64,000 nucleotides of DNA from Nitrososphaerota archaeon (lineage in GTDB: Archaea; Thermoproteota; Nitrososphaeria_A; Caldarchaeales; Calditenuaceae), in assembly GCA_038845265.1 (NCBI GenBank), contig JAWBQR010000002.1:94609-158608 (forward strand), read 5' to 3'. Below are positions 30,370 through 39,330 of the stretch, piece by piece. A program made the translations under genes and the position numbers. The notes below the pieces were generated by a model. That model did not search any database, was not told where the DNA came from, and saw only the letters and a program-made list of their open reading frames with translations. The number at the start of each line of letters is the position of its first letter. Within the stretch, counting starts at the first letter, position 1.

Positions 30370-30372
30370 CTA

Positions 30373-30849
30373 CTAGCCGACCACGTATTCAGGAATCTTC
30401 GAGAACTCTAGCAGCGAGTCACAGTAATCGCACTGAATCACGCCGTAGCTCTTCAGGACAGTAAACTTAGGCATAACTGGCTCCCTCTTCATGTTCGTTA
30501 TGCATGAAACCTCTGGACACCTAATCCTGCCGACTATCTTATCCGGAATCTGCGGCTTCACTTTCTCTACTTTCCAGTCCCTGATATAATTGATCGTCGA
30601 TGTTGGGAACGTGAGTGAGAGGATATTACATTCATTCTGGCTTATATAGTAGTGATAAATCTTCACGATGTCTTTCTTTCCATACTTCCTGCTCGGAACA
30701 TTGTTGAGGATGATGACTGAAACGTCTGGGTTATTCCTCAGACTATCTAGTCCCAGGAGCCTGATTACTTGCCCCGCGCGCCATGCAGGTATATGGTCAA
30801 TCACCGTTCCCCAATCAATCTTTCGGACCAGTAAAGACTCCTCACCCAT
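30373..30849 (-). CDS. pyrI: Aspartate carbamoyltransferase regulatory chain
   Basis: GTVIDHI, KKDIVK, C-x4-C...C-x2-C zinc site; start placed at MGEE just after the pyrB stop. Confidence 0.93.
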   Translation of the reverse strand: MGEESLLVRKIDWGTVIDHIPAWRAGQVIRLLGLDSLRNNPDVSVIILNNVPSRKYGKKDIVKIYHYYISQNECNILSLTFPTSTINYIRDWKVEKVKPQIPDKIVGRIRCPEVSCITNMKREPVMPKFTVLKSYGVIQCDYCDSLLEFSKIPEYVVG

Positions 30850-30850
30850 T

Positions 30851-31801
30851 TCACTCCTCACCTCCAAGAATCATGTATAGAAGCGCCATCCTGAGTGGAA
30901 GCCCATACTTCGCCTGCTCGAAGTACCATGCATTTGGCAGTGAGTCTATCTCGGGTGAGAGTTCATCGACCCTGGGTAATGGATGCATCACTCCCACATC
31001 AATCTTGGCATAGCTGAGCAACTCCCTATTCACGACATATGAGCCTCTTAGCTTCTCGTATTCTGACGGGTCTGGGAACCTCTCTTTCTGGAGCCTAGTC
31101 ACGTATAGCACGTCAACTTCTCTGAGATGCTTCCTTATCTCGTATGTGTCCTCAACCTTCATGTACTTCACGTTCTTCTCCTTTAGGTAAAGCTCGACCT
31201 CAGGCCTGACCTGCAGAACCGTTGGAGCCATAAAGTAGAGCTTAACGTCGTTGAACAGTGAGGCGAGATAGCTCAGCGAGGGTATCGTCCTGGAGAATCT
31301 AAGGTCGCCGATCATGCCTATGCTGACACCGTCGATGCTGCCCCTACGCCTCAGAATTGTGTATAAGTCAAGCATGCTCTGCGTCGGATGTTCTTGACTC
31401 CCGCTTCCGGCATTTATTATAGGTACCTCAGCGACCTCCGCGGCGAACCTCGCCGCGCCCCTACTTGGATGTCTAAGAATTATGCAGTCCGCGCCATATC
31501 CCTCAAGCATCTTAATAGTGTCGTGGAGCGACTCGCCCTTGGCCATGGCGCTCATTGATGGGTCGCTCATCGGCATGACTTCGCCTCCCAGCGCCCTAAC
31601 GGCGGCTAAGAAGCTTTGAAAAGTCCTAGTCGAAGGCTCGACGAAGACTAGGGCCACCTTTCTCTTCCTGAGCGATTCCCGATAATTCTCACCGTGCTTC
31701 TCCATCTCTGTCGCGAGGGCGAAGAGCTGCTCGATCTCAGTCCTCGTGAAGTCCTTAGAACTCACGACGTCTCTTCCACGAAGAACAGCGGAATTAGGCA
31801 T
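30851..31801 (-). CDS. pyrB: Aspartate carbamoyltransferase catalytic chain
   Basis: EPSTRT, HPTQ, RLQKER, MHPLPR. Confidence 0.97.
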   Translation of the reverse strand: MPNSAVLRGRDVVSSKDFTRTEIEQLFALATEMEKHGENYRESLRKRKVALVFVEPSTRTFQSFLAAVRALGGEVMPMSDPSMSAMAKGESLHDTIKMLEGYGADCIILRHPSRGAARFAAEVAEVPIINAGSGSQEHPTQSMLDLYTILRRRGSIDGVSIGMIGDLRFSRTIPSLSYLASLFNDVKLYFMAPTVLQVRPEVELYLKEKNVKYMKVEDTYEIRKHLREVDVLYVTRLQKERFPDPSEYEKLRGSYVVNRELLSYAKIDVGVMHPLPRVDELSPEIDSLPNAWYFEQAKYGLPLRMALLYMILGGEE

Positions 31802-31895
31802 AATCTCTCCCCGGCAGGTAAATTATTTGATACATGCCAAGTAGCATATTCTCTGGATGGATTTAAACATACATCGCCTAAAAAATTGGAAAAAC

Positions 31896-31954
31896 GGGGC
31901 TCAGATACCCCAGGGTGCCTCACATATTCAGCTAGTCCCCTACATCAACGCCCC
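31896..31954 (-). ncRNA. Candidate box C/D sRNA
   Basis: Minus strand GGGGC-g-TTGATGT-aggggactag-CTGA-atat-GTGAGGC-accctggggtat-CTGA-GCCCC; 5-bp terminal stem, two CTGA boxes at guide spacing, degenerate C boxes. Confidence 0.6.
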
Positions 31955-32073
31955 AAGAAAAATCTATCAGTAGTCATTGATTTAGCTTATCGCCAGTAAT
32001 AACATTTATCTTCGTAAAACGGTGCCCAGGCAGTCGCCAAGGATTAAATAATTCATGAGGCATCAATTTCACC

Positions 32074-33063
32074 GTGAGACTCTCAATTCTAGGTCTAGGA
32101 GATATAGGGAGACTAATAGCGAAGTGTGCATTGCTGAGAGGCTACAGGGTCGTAGGAGGAGTCGACATAGATCCGGCAAAGATAGGCATGGATATCGGTG
32201 AGCTGGCAGGAGTAGGCAGGATCGGAAAGAAAGTATACAGCTCGGTTGAGGAGCTGCTGAAAAAGGAGGAGACAGACGTTCTGATACAGTCCACGACCAG
32301 TTATCTGGATAAGGCCTACGATCAGTTCAGGCCAGCAGTCGAGAACGGGGTGAGCGTGGTCTCTACTTGTGAGACGCTCGTGTATCCCTACTATAGATAC
32401 CCAGGGCTCGCGGCGGAGATAGATAGGTTGGCGAGGCACAGCGGAGCGACGGTCCTTGGAGCGGGAATAAACCCAGGCTACCTTCTCGATATCCTCCCAG
32501 TCTTCCTGACGGCGCCATGCCTGACTATAGAGTCAATAACGGCTGTTAGGCAGCTCGACGCGGCTAAGAGGAGGCCACCCTTCAGAAAGAAGGTCGGGCT
32601 CGGAATGAAGCTCGAGGAATACAGAGAGAAGCTTAGCAGAGGTGAATATACTGGACACGTAGGCATGGCTGAATCGGCGCTGCTCATTGCAAAGTCACTG
32701 AGGATAAAGATTGATAGAATAGAGGAGTCCCAGGTACCCGTCGCCGCTGATAGAACAATCGAGAGCGCCGGAATAACGGTTAGGCCAGGCGAGGTGAGGG
32801 GAGTGGAGTCGAGATGCATCATCCTCTCAGGAAATAGAGAGGCGGTTAGGCTTGAGTTCAGGGCACTGGCAGGCGCGGAGGAGTATGAGGAAGTAGCAAT
32901 AAAAGGCGAACCATCAATTACTTGGAGAAGCTCAGGGACGCCGGGAGATCTTGGGACTGCTTCAGTCATCGTGAACGTGGCTCCGAGGGTCCTTAGGGCG
33001 AGGCCTGGACTGATAACCATGGATGAGCTGCCCCTGATACATTCAATAGTCAAGACAGCCTAG
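32074..33063 (+). CDS. DapB-like dehydrogenase (2,4-diaminopentanoate dehydrogenase/Ord-like)
   Basis: GLGDIG, VVSTCE, GINPG, GHVG, GDLGT motifs. Confidence 0.75.
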   Translation: MRLSILGLGDIGRLIAKCALLRGYRVVGGVDIDPAKIGMDIGELAGVGRIGKKVYSSVEELLKKEETDVLIQSTTSYLDKAYDQFRPAVENGVSVVSTCETLVYPYYRYPGLAAEIDRLARHSGATVLGAGINPGYLLDILPVFLTAPCLTIESITAVRQLDAAKRRPPFRKKVGLGMKLEEYREKLSRGEYTGHVGMAESALLIAKSLRIKIDRIEESQVPVAADRTIESAGITVRPGEVRGVESRCIILSGNREAVRLEFRALAGAEEYEEVAIKGEPSITWRSSGTPGDLGTASVIVNVAPRVLRARPGLITMDELPLIHSIVKTA

Positions 33064-33083
33064 CTACTAGGGCGTGAGACGTA

Positions 33084-34421
33084 TTGTCGCTGAGGGATAA
33101 ATGGGCCTCGAGGTATCTTGAGTTGACGAGGAGGTCTGAGGCGCTTTTTAGGAGGGCGTCCCAATCGATTCCAGGCGGCGTAAATTATCCGCTGAGGTAT
33201 CTCGCGCCACATCCGCTCTACGCCTCTAGGGCGGAGGGATGCTACGTATGGGACATCGACGGGAATAGATATGTTGACTACTGGATGGGGCACTTCGCCC
33301 TAATCATGGGACATGCCTATAGAAAGGTTATAGACGCAGCGAAGGAGCAGCTCGAGGTAGGCGCCCATTTCGGGCTCGAGCATGAATGGGAAGTGATGCT
33401 TGCGGAGCAGATCAAGAAGATGGTTAGAAGCGTCGAGCTCGTCAGGTTCGCGAACAGTGGAACCGAGGCAAACATGTATGCGGTCAGGGCGGTGAGGACA
33501 TATACTGGCAGGAAGGAAATAGGCAAGCTTGAGGGCTGCTGGCATGGAGGATATGACGGGCTCCACAAGGCGGTTAGCTATCCATTCGACGCGGCGTCAT
33601 CAGCTGGCCTGCCAGAAGAGGTTACTGGATTGACGGTTGTGCTTCCGTTTAACGACATAGAGGGCGCCACCAAGATAATCAGGTCTAGAAGGCTTGCAGC
33701 TGTCTTTGTCGAGCTGGTCCCCTCGCAGGGAGCCTTTAACCCAGCCGATACTGAATATGTAAAGGCGCTTCGAGAGGCGTGTGATGAGACGGGCACACTG
33801 CTGGTATTCGACGAGGTGATTACGGGATTTAGGCTCAGCCCAGGAGGAGCACAGGAAATATATCGAATATATCCGGACCTGACGGTGTTTGGAAAAATAC
33901 TTGGTGGAGGCTTCATGCCGATGGGCGCGTTCGGAGGCAGGTCCGAGGTGATGGAGCGGCTCGACCAGACCAAGTTTACTAAGCCGTCAGAGAGGTCTTT
34001 CCACGGCGGCACGTATGCAGGCAATCCTCTGGCGGCGCGCTGCGGCTACACGCTCCTAAAAGAGCTAGAGAGTGGGGAGGTTCAGGAGAGGCTCAACGGG
34101 CTGGGAGAATACGCGAGGAGGAGGCTCAGAGAAGCTGTAGAGCGCTCTGGTCTCCAGGCATATGTGACTGGTATAGGCTCACTCATCGGTCTTCAGTTCA
34201 TGTCTACGCCTCCTAGGTCGCCTAGAGACACGCTGAGCAAGATGGACAGGGAGCTCGCAGAGGCGCTATACTACTACATGCTTATCAACGGTGTGTACTA
34301 CATCTCGCCCCACGTGCCACACTTTGGGCTGAGCGCACCCCATAGGGAGGAGCACATCGATAATCTAGCCACGCTCCTAGAGGAATTCGGAGACGAAGTA
34401 AGAAGAGAGAAGAGGCACTAG
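33084..34421 (+). CDS. Class III PLP aminotransferase (glutamate-1-semialdehyde aminomutase-like)
   Basis: PGGVN, NSGTEA, WHG, FDEVITGFR, GKILGGG, HGGTYAGNP. Confidence 0.88.
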   Translation: MSLRDKWASRYLELTRRSEALFRRASQSIPGGVNYPLRYLAPHPLYASRAEGCYVWDIDGNRYVDYWMGHFALIMGHAYRKVIDAAKEQLEVGAHFGLEHEWEVMLAEQIKKMVRSVELVRFANSGTEANMYAVRAVRTYTGRKEIGKLEGCWHGGYDGLHKAVSYPFDAASSAGLPEEVTGLTVVLPFNDIEGATKIIRSRRLAAVFVELVPSQGAFNPADTEYVKALREACDETGTLLVFDEVITGFRLSPGGAQEIYRIYPDLTVFGKILGGGFMPMGAFGGRSEVMERLDQTKFTKPSERSFHGGTYAGNPLAARCGYTLLKELESGEVQERLNGLGEYARRRLREAVERSGLQAYVTGIGSLIGLQFMSTPPRSPRDTLSKMDRELAEALYYYMLINGVYYISPHVPHFGLSAPHREEHIDNLATLLEEFGDEVRREKRH

Positions 34422-34428
34422 TGAGATT

Positions 34429-34464
34429 TGTCCCACATGGGAGACACGTCACCCACGTCTTACA
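34429..34464. repeat. Array 1 of contiguous 9-bp repeats
   Basis: tgtcccaca|tgggagaca|cgtcaccca|cgtcttaca; mixed orientation of TGGGWGAYR-like units. Confidence 0.7.
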
Positions 34465-34657
34465 CGGCTTAACACTGATCGAAACAAACACCAAAAGTTT
34501 TCTGAACTTCTGCTTTATGGCCAATGATTGATTATTAGCCATTATTTATTACCCAGGTATTTTCGAGGGATATTTGAGAGTATTACGCATAGGCTGGACT
34601 CGGTTTACCTCTGGGTCAAGAATTAAATCTAAAGATCAAGTATGGCCGCTAACGATC

Positions 34658-35059
34658 TTGCCGGCTAAGCGGAGAATAAGGCTGGAGATGATGGACGAGG
34701 ATGGTGATAAGGTTACCCTAATATTTGAGGGCAGGGTGACGAGGGAGAAGCTTATCCAGCTTGCCGACTTCATCGAGCTCTACGGCGGTGGAGAAGACCC
34801 GGAAAAGCTCTACTCGGCCGAGAATAAACTGACTAAACTGGCGAGGGTGATAGAAAAATATTTCCCAATGTCTTCCTTCACCTCTAAGGATGCGTTGGAG
34901 AGCTACGTGGCTGAGTATAAAGAGCCCATAACTCTCAGCACAGTCTCGACTTATCTCTCGAGGCTGGCCGAGAGGGGCTTCCTAGAAAGAATCTCCGGCT
35001 CGCAGGTCATTAAGTACAGAATAATGAGGGAGAAAGCCGTACAGACAAACGGTGAGTAG
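34658..35059 (+). CDS. Conserved hypothetical protein with C-terminal winged HTH
   Basis: LSTVSTYLSRLAERGFL recognition helix and wing; likely TTG start (MPAKRRIRLE) about 30 nt after AATTAAAT; the track starts it at 34574. Confidence 0.75.
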   Translation: MPAKRRIRLEMMDEDGDKVTLIFEGRVTREKLIQLADFIELYGGGEDPEKLYSAENKLTKLARVIEKYFPMSSFTSKDALESYVAEYKEPITLSTVSTYLSRLAERGFLERISGSQVIKYRIMREKAVQTNGE

Positions 35060-35061
35060 AT

Positions 35062-35463
35062 TCACTTTTTGGTCATGCTTTTCAGCCGTGTCTGCATCTC
35101 CTCCAGTAGGAGTATTGCCTCGTCTATTCTTCCATCCCTGACCGCTTCTCCCAGCTCGATGAACCACTTCTGCTTCTCGTCCTGGAGCAGACCTACATAG
35201 CTAAGAAGAATGACGGTGAACAGGGCTTGAGAGATGTTTCCGAGGGCTTGTGATAGGATTCTCGCGTAGCTTCCCTTAGTAATACCCATCAGGCCTGCCT
35301 TCTCCGATAATTTCAGCTCACTCGTCTCCTCGGATGCCTCAATCAGCAGCGCCTCGAGCTGCCTCTCGGTCAGTGAGCACCGCTCTGCGAGCATTCTTAA
35401 AAACGGGTCTTCCCGCCATTTCTGCCTTATTTCCTCGAGTATGACAAGCTGGGAACTCTCCAC
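35062..35463 (-). CDS. Hypothetical HTH protein downstream of parA
   Basis: LTERQLEAL...LSEKAGLMGITKGSYARIL resembles a sigma4/LuxR-like HTH. Confidence 0.7.
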   Translation of the reverse strand: MESSQLVILEEIRQKWREDPFLRMLAERCSLTERQLEALLIEASEETSELKLSEKAGLMGITKGSYARILSQALGNISQALFTVILLSYVGLLQDEKQKWFIELGEAVRDGRIDEAILLLEEMQTRLKSMTKK

Positions 35464-35508
35464 TCCTCCGTCTCCTCCCTGCTAGACAAATTTGTAAACC
35501 ATGCCTAC

Positions 35509-36360
35509 CTAAAAAGTAATTCTATCCATTTCTTCGCTCTTCCGCATCGTGGTAATACTCGGAGAACTCGCGGGGCTCGTAAGCCTACTGATGACCTCTA
35601 AGGCCAGCTCTAGGTACGCATTCGCCACCGGCGTGTCAGGAGCATATGTCACGACCGGGCTGCGGTAGAAGTGCCCCTCCTCAACCCTGACGCTGCTCGG
35701 TATCTCGGAGCGAAGCAGCCCGTCGCCGAGTCTCGCCCTCAAGTCTTCCCTCACCTCATGCGTAATCTTGTACCTGTTATCGACCATTGTTAGGAAGTGT
35801 CCGAGTATCTCTATTCTTCTTCCAAGCCTCGTCCTCATGAGCTCGATTATCTTATAGAGCCTCCTGAGCCCCTCGATGCTGTATAGCCTCGGCTGAATAG
35901 GCACCAGTAAGTAGTCTGCGGCATATATGGCGTTGAAGGTGAGGACTCCTAGGCTCGGGGGCGTATCGATGAGAACAGCGTCATAGCCAGAGACTTCTCC
36001 GTCCAGCGCTGCCCTGAGTACTGCCTCTCTGCCCGGCTGCCTGGCGAGATGCTCCTCCACGGCCGCCAGGTCCTCATTGCTAGGGACAATCCTAAGACCA
36101 CCGATGGAGGTCTCATGAATTACCTCGGATAACTTCCTTACACCCATCAATGGCGCAGCTATTGTCTCGGAGGTGCTGAGAGGCTTGACTCCCAGCGAGA
36201 GCCCTAGATGTCCCTGAGGATCCATATCTATCAATAATACCTTGAAGCCGTGCCTCGATGCCAAGGCGGCTGAGAGATTAATCACGCTCGTAGTCTTGCC
36301 GACTCCTCCCTTCTGATTGGTTACTGCTATCACCCACGTCATACTTGTGGCACCTGTCAC
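35509..36360 (-). CDS. parA: ParA/Soj-family Walker-type partition ATPase
   Basis: Deviant Walker A NQKGGVGKTT, IDMDPQG, Walker B IDTPPSLG; alternative ATG start at 36342. Confidence 0.93.
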   Translation of the reverse strand: MTGATSMTWVIAVTNQKGGVGKTTSVINLSAALASRHGFKVLLIDMDPQGHLGLSLGVKPLSTSETIAAPLMGVRKLSEVIHETSIGGLRIVPSNEDLAAVEEHLARQPGREAVLRAALDGEVSGYDAVLIDTPPSLGVLTFNAIYAADYLLVPIQPRLYSIEGLRRLYKIIELMRTRLGRRIEILGHFLTMVDNRYKITHEVREDLRARLGDGLLRSEIPSSVRVEEGHFYRSPVVTYAPDTPVANAYLELALEVISRLTSPASSPSITTMRKSEEMDRITF

Positions 36361-36372
36361 CCATGGGTGATT
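36328..36372. repeat. Array 2 of contiguous 9-bp repeats at the RHH/parA junction
   Basis: tatcaccca|cgtcatact|tgtggcacc|tgtcaccca|tgggtgatt; contains the perfect 14-bp palindrome TCACCCATGGGTGA. Confidence 0.7.
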
Positions 36373-36650
36373 TTCTCCTCGAGCTCTTTTAGCCCGAGCC
36401 TCACGGCGGCCCTTAGAACCTTCGATGTTATTCCTCTCCTATCGGCGATTACTCCCTGCTCCTCAGCTATCTTCTCCACGATTCTGAGAAGCCTCTCGTG
36501 ATCCTCATGATCTATGTAGAAGTGTACTTTCTTCATCTTCGGCTTCGCGCTGACTCTTGCCTCTTCATGTCTCTTGCCGCTCTCACCTATCATCTCTTCG
36601 ACGCTGGGTAGAAGAGACTCGAGATAACCCGTGGGCAGTCTCCTACTCAT
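36357..36650 (-). CDS. Putative ribbon-helix-helix centromere-binding protein (ParG/omega/SegB-like architecture)
   Basis: Flexible N-terminal tail, beta-strand KKVHFYI, helix DHEDHERLLRIV, second helix TSKVLRAAVRLGL; overlaps the parA start. Confidence 0.7.
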   Translation of the reverse strand: MSRRLPTGYLESLLPSVEEMIGESGKRHEEARVSAKPKMKKVHFYIDHEDHERLLRIVEKIAEEQGVIADRRGITSKVLRAAVRLGLKELEEKITHG

Positions 36651-36671
36651 GATAAGGAGTAGCCGCTCTCA

Positions 36672-36681
36672 GTTATAAAAA
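36672..36681 (-). promoter_or_regulatory. TATA box of the RHH-parA operon
   Basis: TTTTTATAAC on the minus strand, 22-31 nt upstream of ATG 36650 and abutting repeat array 3. Confidence 0.65.
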
Positions 36682-36753
36682 TAGGAGATATGGGTGACGT
36701 GGATGATATGTCTCATATGCTACCCATAGCATACATGGGTGATACCTCATCTA
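36682..36753. repeat. Array 3: eight contiguous 9-bp repeats upstream of the RHH-parA promoter
   Basis: taggagata|tgggtgacg|tggatgata|tgtctcata|tgctaccca|tagcataca|tgggtgata|cctcatcta. Confidence 0.8.
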
Positions 36754-36771
36754 CGCCTTGCCTAATAAACT

Positions 36772-37329
36772 TCAAAAACTGTCCGCTAGCTTCACGTATT
36801 TTTCATGCACCCCGTGTCCCACCTCAGCAGACTCGACACGTTCATAGCACGTGTTAGTAGATGTCTTATCCTCCATGCTTGTCACGCTCTCCCCCATCGG
36901 AAACAACACTTCGTTCTCCTTTGCGATGTGCTGCTTAAGCAGCTCAACATACGACTCACATAGCTCAGTGATTTCGAGGTGTTTAGCTTCCTCCTCGCCC
37001 AAATCCTTGAGAGCCCGCTCTATCTGCTTTACTATCTGTCTTCCCTGCTCATGTTCTTGCAGCATCACGCCTATTGGACCATGCTCTCTCGGTATGCCTC
37101 TCCGCTCTAGACATGGGAAAAGACATCGCTCCTCCTTGCCATGATGACACTTATCGATGAATGTCTTAGCAAACTCAAGAAATGTAGTTAGGGATTCATA
37201 TTCTATGCTCTTAGATGATTTCCAGTACCCAAGCTTCGCCTCCAATCTTTCAAGCATCTTTAATATGACTTCGTGGTCCTTGATTAGTGAAGATGTCAGG
37301 TCGAGACCCCGCTCGTGAATATGATGCAT
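36772..37329 (-). CDS. Hemerythrin/HHE cation-binding domain protein
   Basis: DH, HHGKEE, EHEQGR, HIAKENEVLF. Confidence 0.9.
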   Translation of the reverse strand: MHHIHERGLDLTSSLIKDHEVILKMLERLEAKLGYWKSSKSIEYESLTTFLEFAKTFIDKCHHGKEERCLFPCLERRGIPREHGPIGVMLQEHEQGRQIVKQIERALKDLGEEEAKHLEITELCESYVELLKQHIAKENEVLFPMGESVTSMEDKTSTNTCYERVESAEVGHGVHEKYVKLADSF

Positions 37330-37390
37330 TAACTCATGAATTCATCCACTACAATTAAATATTTTTCGGACCAACTACTTTTAGAGTATC

Positions 37391-38008
37391 CTATCTCCTT
37401 GATATTGCCTTTTTAATGAGTAGTTCGTGGAAGACCGTACTTCCCGAGAGCTCTGGATGGAACGTCGTGCCGATTATGTTTTCCTGAACTACTGCGACTG
37501 GTCTATCGCCTAGCCTCGCTATTACTTCTACTCCTGGTCCAGTATCGATGATTGTTGGGGCCCGGATAAAGACTGCCCTAAAACCAGTGACTCCAAGCGC
37601 TGGCAGATCAATCATCGTCTCGAAGGACTCTCTCTGTCTCCCATAGCTATTTCTCTCCACAGTCACGTCTAGAACCCCCACTAGTTGCTGTCTTGTCTCA
37701 CCTACAACTCTGTCATAGACCCTCTTAGCCAAGACTATGAGTCCGGCACAAGTACCCATGACTGGCAGCCCATCAATTATCCTCTGCCTAAGGAGCTGGA
37801 GGGACTTAGTGAAGGCCGCAAGCCTACCCATCACCGTGCTCTCCCCGCCTGGAATAATCAATGCATCCACCTTCTCTATCTCTTCAGGCGTCTTTACGAA
37901 GAATACATCACCATCTATTCCAAGCCTCCCCAAAGCCATCCGGGAGGCCAATACATGCTCCTCTACGTCTCCTTGGAAGGACGTTACGCCTATCCTTATC
38001 CTGCTCAA
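37391..38008 (-). CDS. pdxT: PLP synthase glutaminase subunit
   Basis: QGDV, PGGEST, GTCAG, FIRAP, FHPE. Confidence 0.97.
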   Translation of the reverse strand: MSRIRIGVTSFQGDVEEHVLASRMALGRLGIDGDVFFVKTPEEIEKVDALIIPGGESTVMGRLAAFTKSLQLLRQRIIDGLPVMGTCAGLIVLAKRVYDRVVGETRQQLVGVLDVTVERNSYGRQRESFETMIDLPALGVTGFRAVFIRAPTIIDTGPGVEVIARLGDRPVAVVQENIIGTTFHPELSGSTVFHELLIKKAISRR

Positions 38009-38970
38009 CCCGTGCCTCTCTCCTGCATCCTCAGGTCTAGACTCTTTACGTCTAGGCCAAGCATGGACTTAGACTCATCAATCATCTTCTGAGCCTCAGC
38101 GACGATATCAGGCCTGTCCCAGTAAGTAGTCGCGAGGACAATTGCTGATGCCCTGAGCTCGGGGTCGCTTGACTTGAATATTCCAGACCCGACGAAGATT
38201 CCGTCGCATCCGAGGCTCATCATCATCGCGGCGTCGGCAGGCGTCGCGATTCCACCCGCAGCAAAATTCACGACCGGCAGCCTTCCAAGCCTAGCGGTCT
38301 CAACAGCGATTTCATATGAGACCCGTAGCTCACGTGCAAACTTCATCACCTCCTGCTCATCGCCCTGCTGGTAGAGAATAGTCAGCCTCCTAAGCTCATT
38401 GTTAAGTATCCTCATGTGCCTGATCGCCTCTGCGACGTTGCCGGTACCAGGCTCACCCTTTGTTCTAATCATGGCTGCACCCTCCTCGATTCTCCTCAGA
38501 GCCTCACCTAGGTCTCTTGCACCGCAGACAAAGGGCGTCGTGAAGTCCCACTTCCAGATGTGACGCTCCTCATCAGCAGGCGTCAGGACCTCTGACTCGT
38601 CAATCATATCTACCCCAATCTCCTCGAGAACTCTCGCCTCCCACGTATGTCCAATCCTACACTTAGCCATGACCGGAATCGTTATGTGATCCATGATCTC
38701 CTCTATTACTCTGAGGCTCGCTGTCCTCGCGACTCCTCCGGCCTTCCTCACGTCGTATGGCAGCTTGTCTAGGACCATGACTGCTACTGCTCCGGCGTCC
38801 TCGGCAATCTGTGCCTGCTCGACGCTTGTAACATCCATCACGACTCCATGTTTAAGCATGTGGGCGAAGCCTCTCTTAAGGAGCGTTGTGCCTCTTTTGC
38901 TCTCGACGCCATAGCTCCTTTCTAGCCTTATTCCGGGCAGCTCTCTCTGACTGCCAACGAGCGATATCAT
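38005..38970 (-). CDS. pdxS: PLP synthase lyase subunit
   Basis: [37 protein letters not shown]. Confidence 0.97.
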   Translation of the reverse strand: MISLVGSQRELPGIRLERSYGVESKRGTTLLKRGFAHMLKHGVVMDVTSVEQAQIAEDAGAVAVMVLDKLPYDVRKAGGVARTASLRVIEEIMDHITIPVMAKCRIGHTWEARVLEEIGVDMIDESEVLTPADEERHIWKWDFTTPFVCGARDLGEALRRIEEGAAMIRTKGEPGTGNVAEAIRHMRILNNELRRLTILYQQGDEQEVMKFARELRVSYEIAVETARLGRLPVVNFAAGGIATPADAAMMMSLGCDGIFVGSGIFKSSDPELRASAIVLATTYWDRPDIVAEAQKMIDESKSMLGLDVKSLDLRMQERGTG

Positions 38971-39039
38971 ACCAAGTAATTATATCAGCCGCCACTATTA
39001 AAGAATACGTTTAGTAATTGAATATATAGCCCTCAATTT

Positions 39040-39330
39040 TTATACATCGATTCCGAATGCTTTTGCGAGCTTCTCGAATCTCTTAAATTCGTTCAGCAGC
39101 TGGGCGCCCTTATCGGTCAGCGAGTAGAGGCCGTGGGTCTGGTTAATAGTTATGAGTTCCCTGCTAGCCAGGAATTCCAGATACTTGATGAGCCTGTCAT
39201 ATGAGAGGTTCGCCTCCCTCATTAGGTATGACTGCTGAGCCCAGCCAACCCTCGAGATAGACTCAAGAATATCAATGCATATCCTAAGCTTCGATCTATA
39301 CTCCTTCTTCAGTGCTTGTCCATCACTCAA
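39040..39330 (-). CDS. Small archaeal winged-helix transcription regulator
   Basis: YRSKLRI-x2-DIL, ANLSY, YSLTDKG. Confidence 0.85.
   Translation of the reverse strand: MSDGQALKKEYRSKLRICIDILESISRVGWAQQSYLMREANLSYDRLIKYLEFLASRELITINQTHGLYSLTDKGAQLLNEFKRFEKLAKAFGIDV

Noticed and set aside
35465-35510. Possible fourth 9-bp array between parA and the HTH gene (tgctagaca, tgtaaacca)
   Set aside because: Weak matches, out of 9-bp phase; not supportable without a PWM score.
34429-36753. par module as part of an integrated plasmid or provirus
   Set aside because: No integrase, rep gene, att repeats, tRNA target or structural genes were seen; the flanks are metabolic genes.
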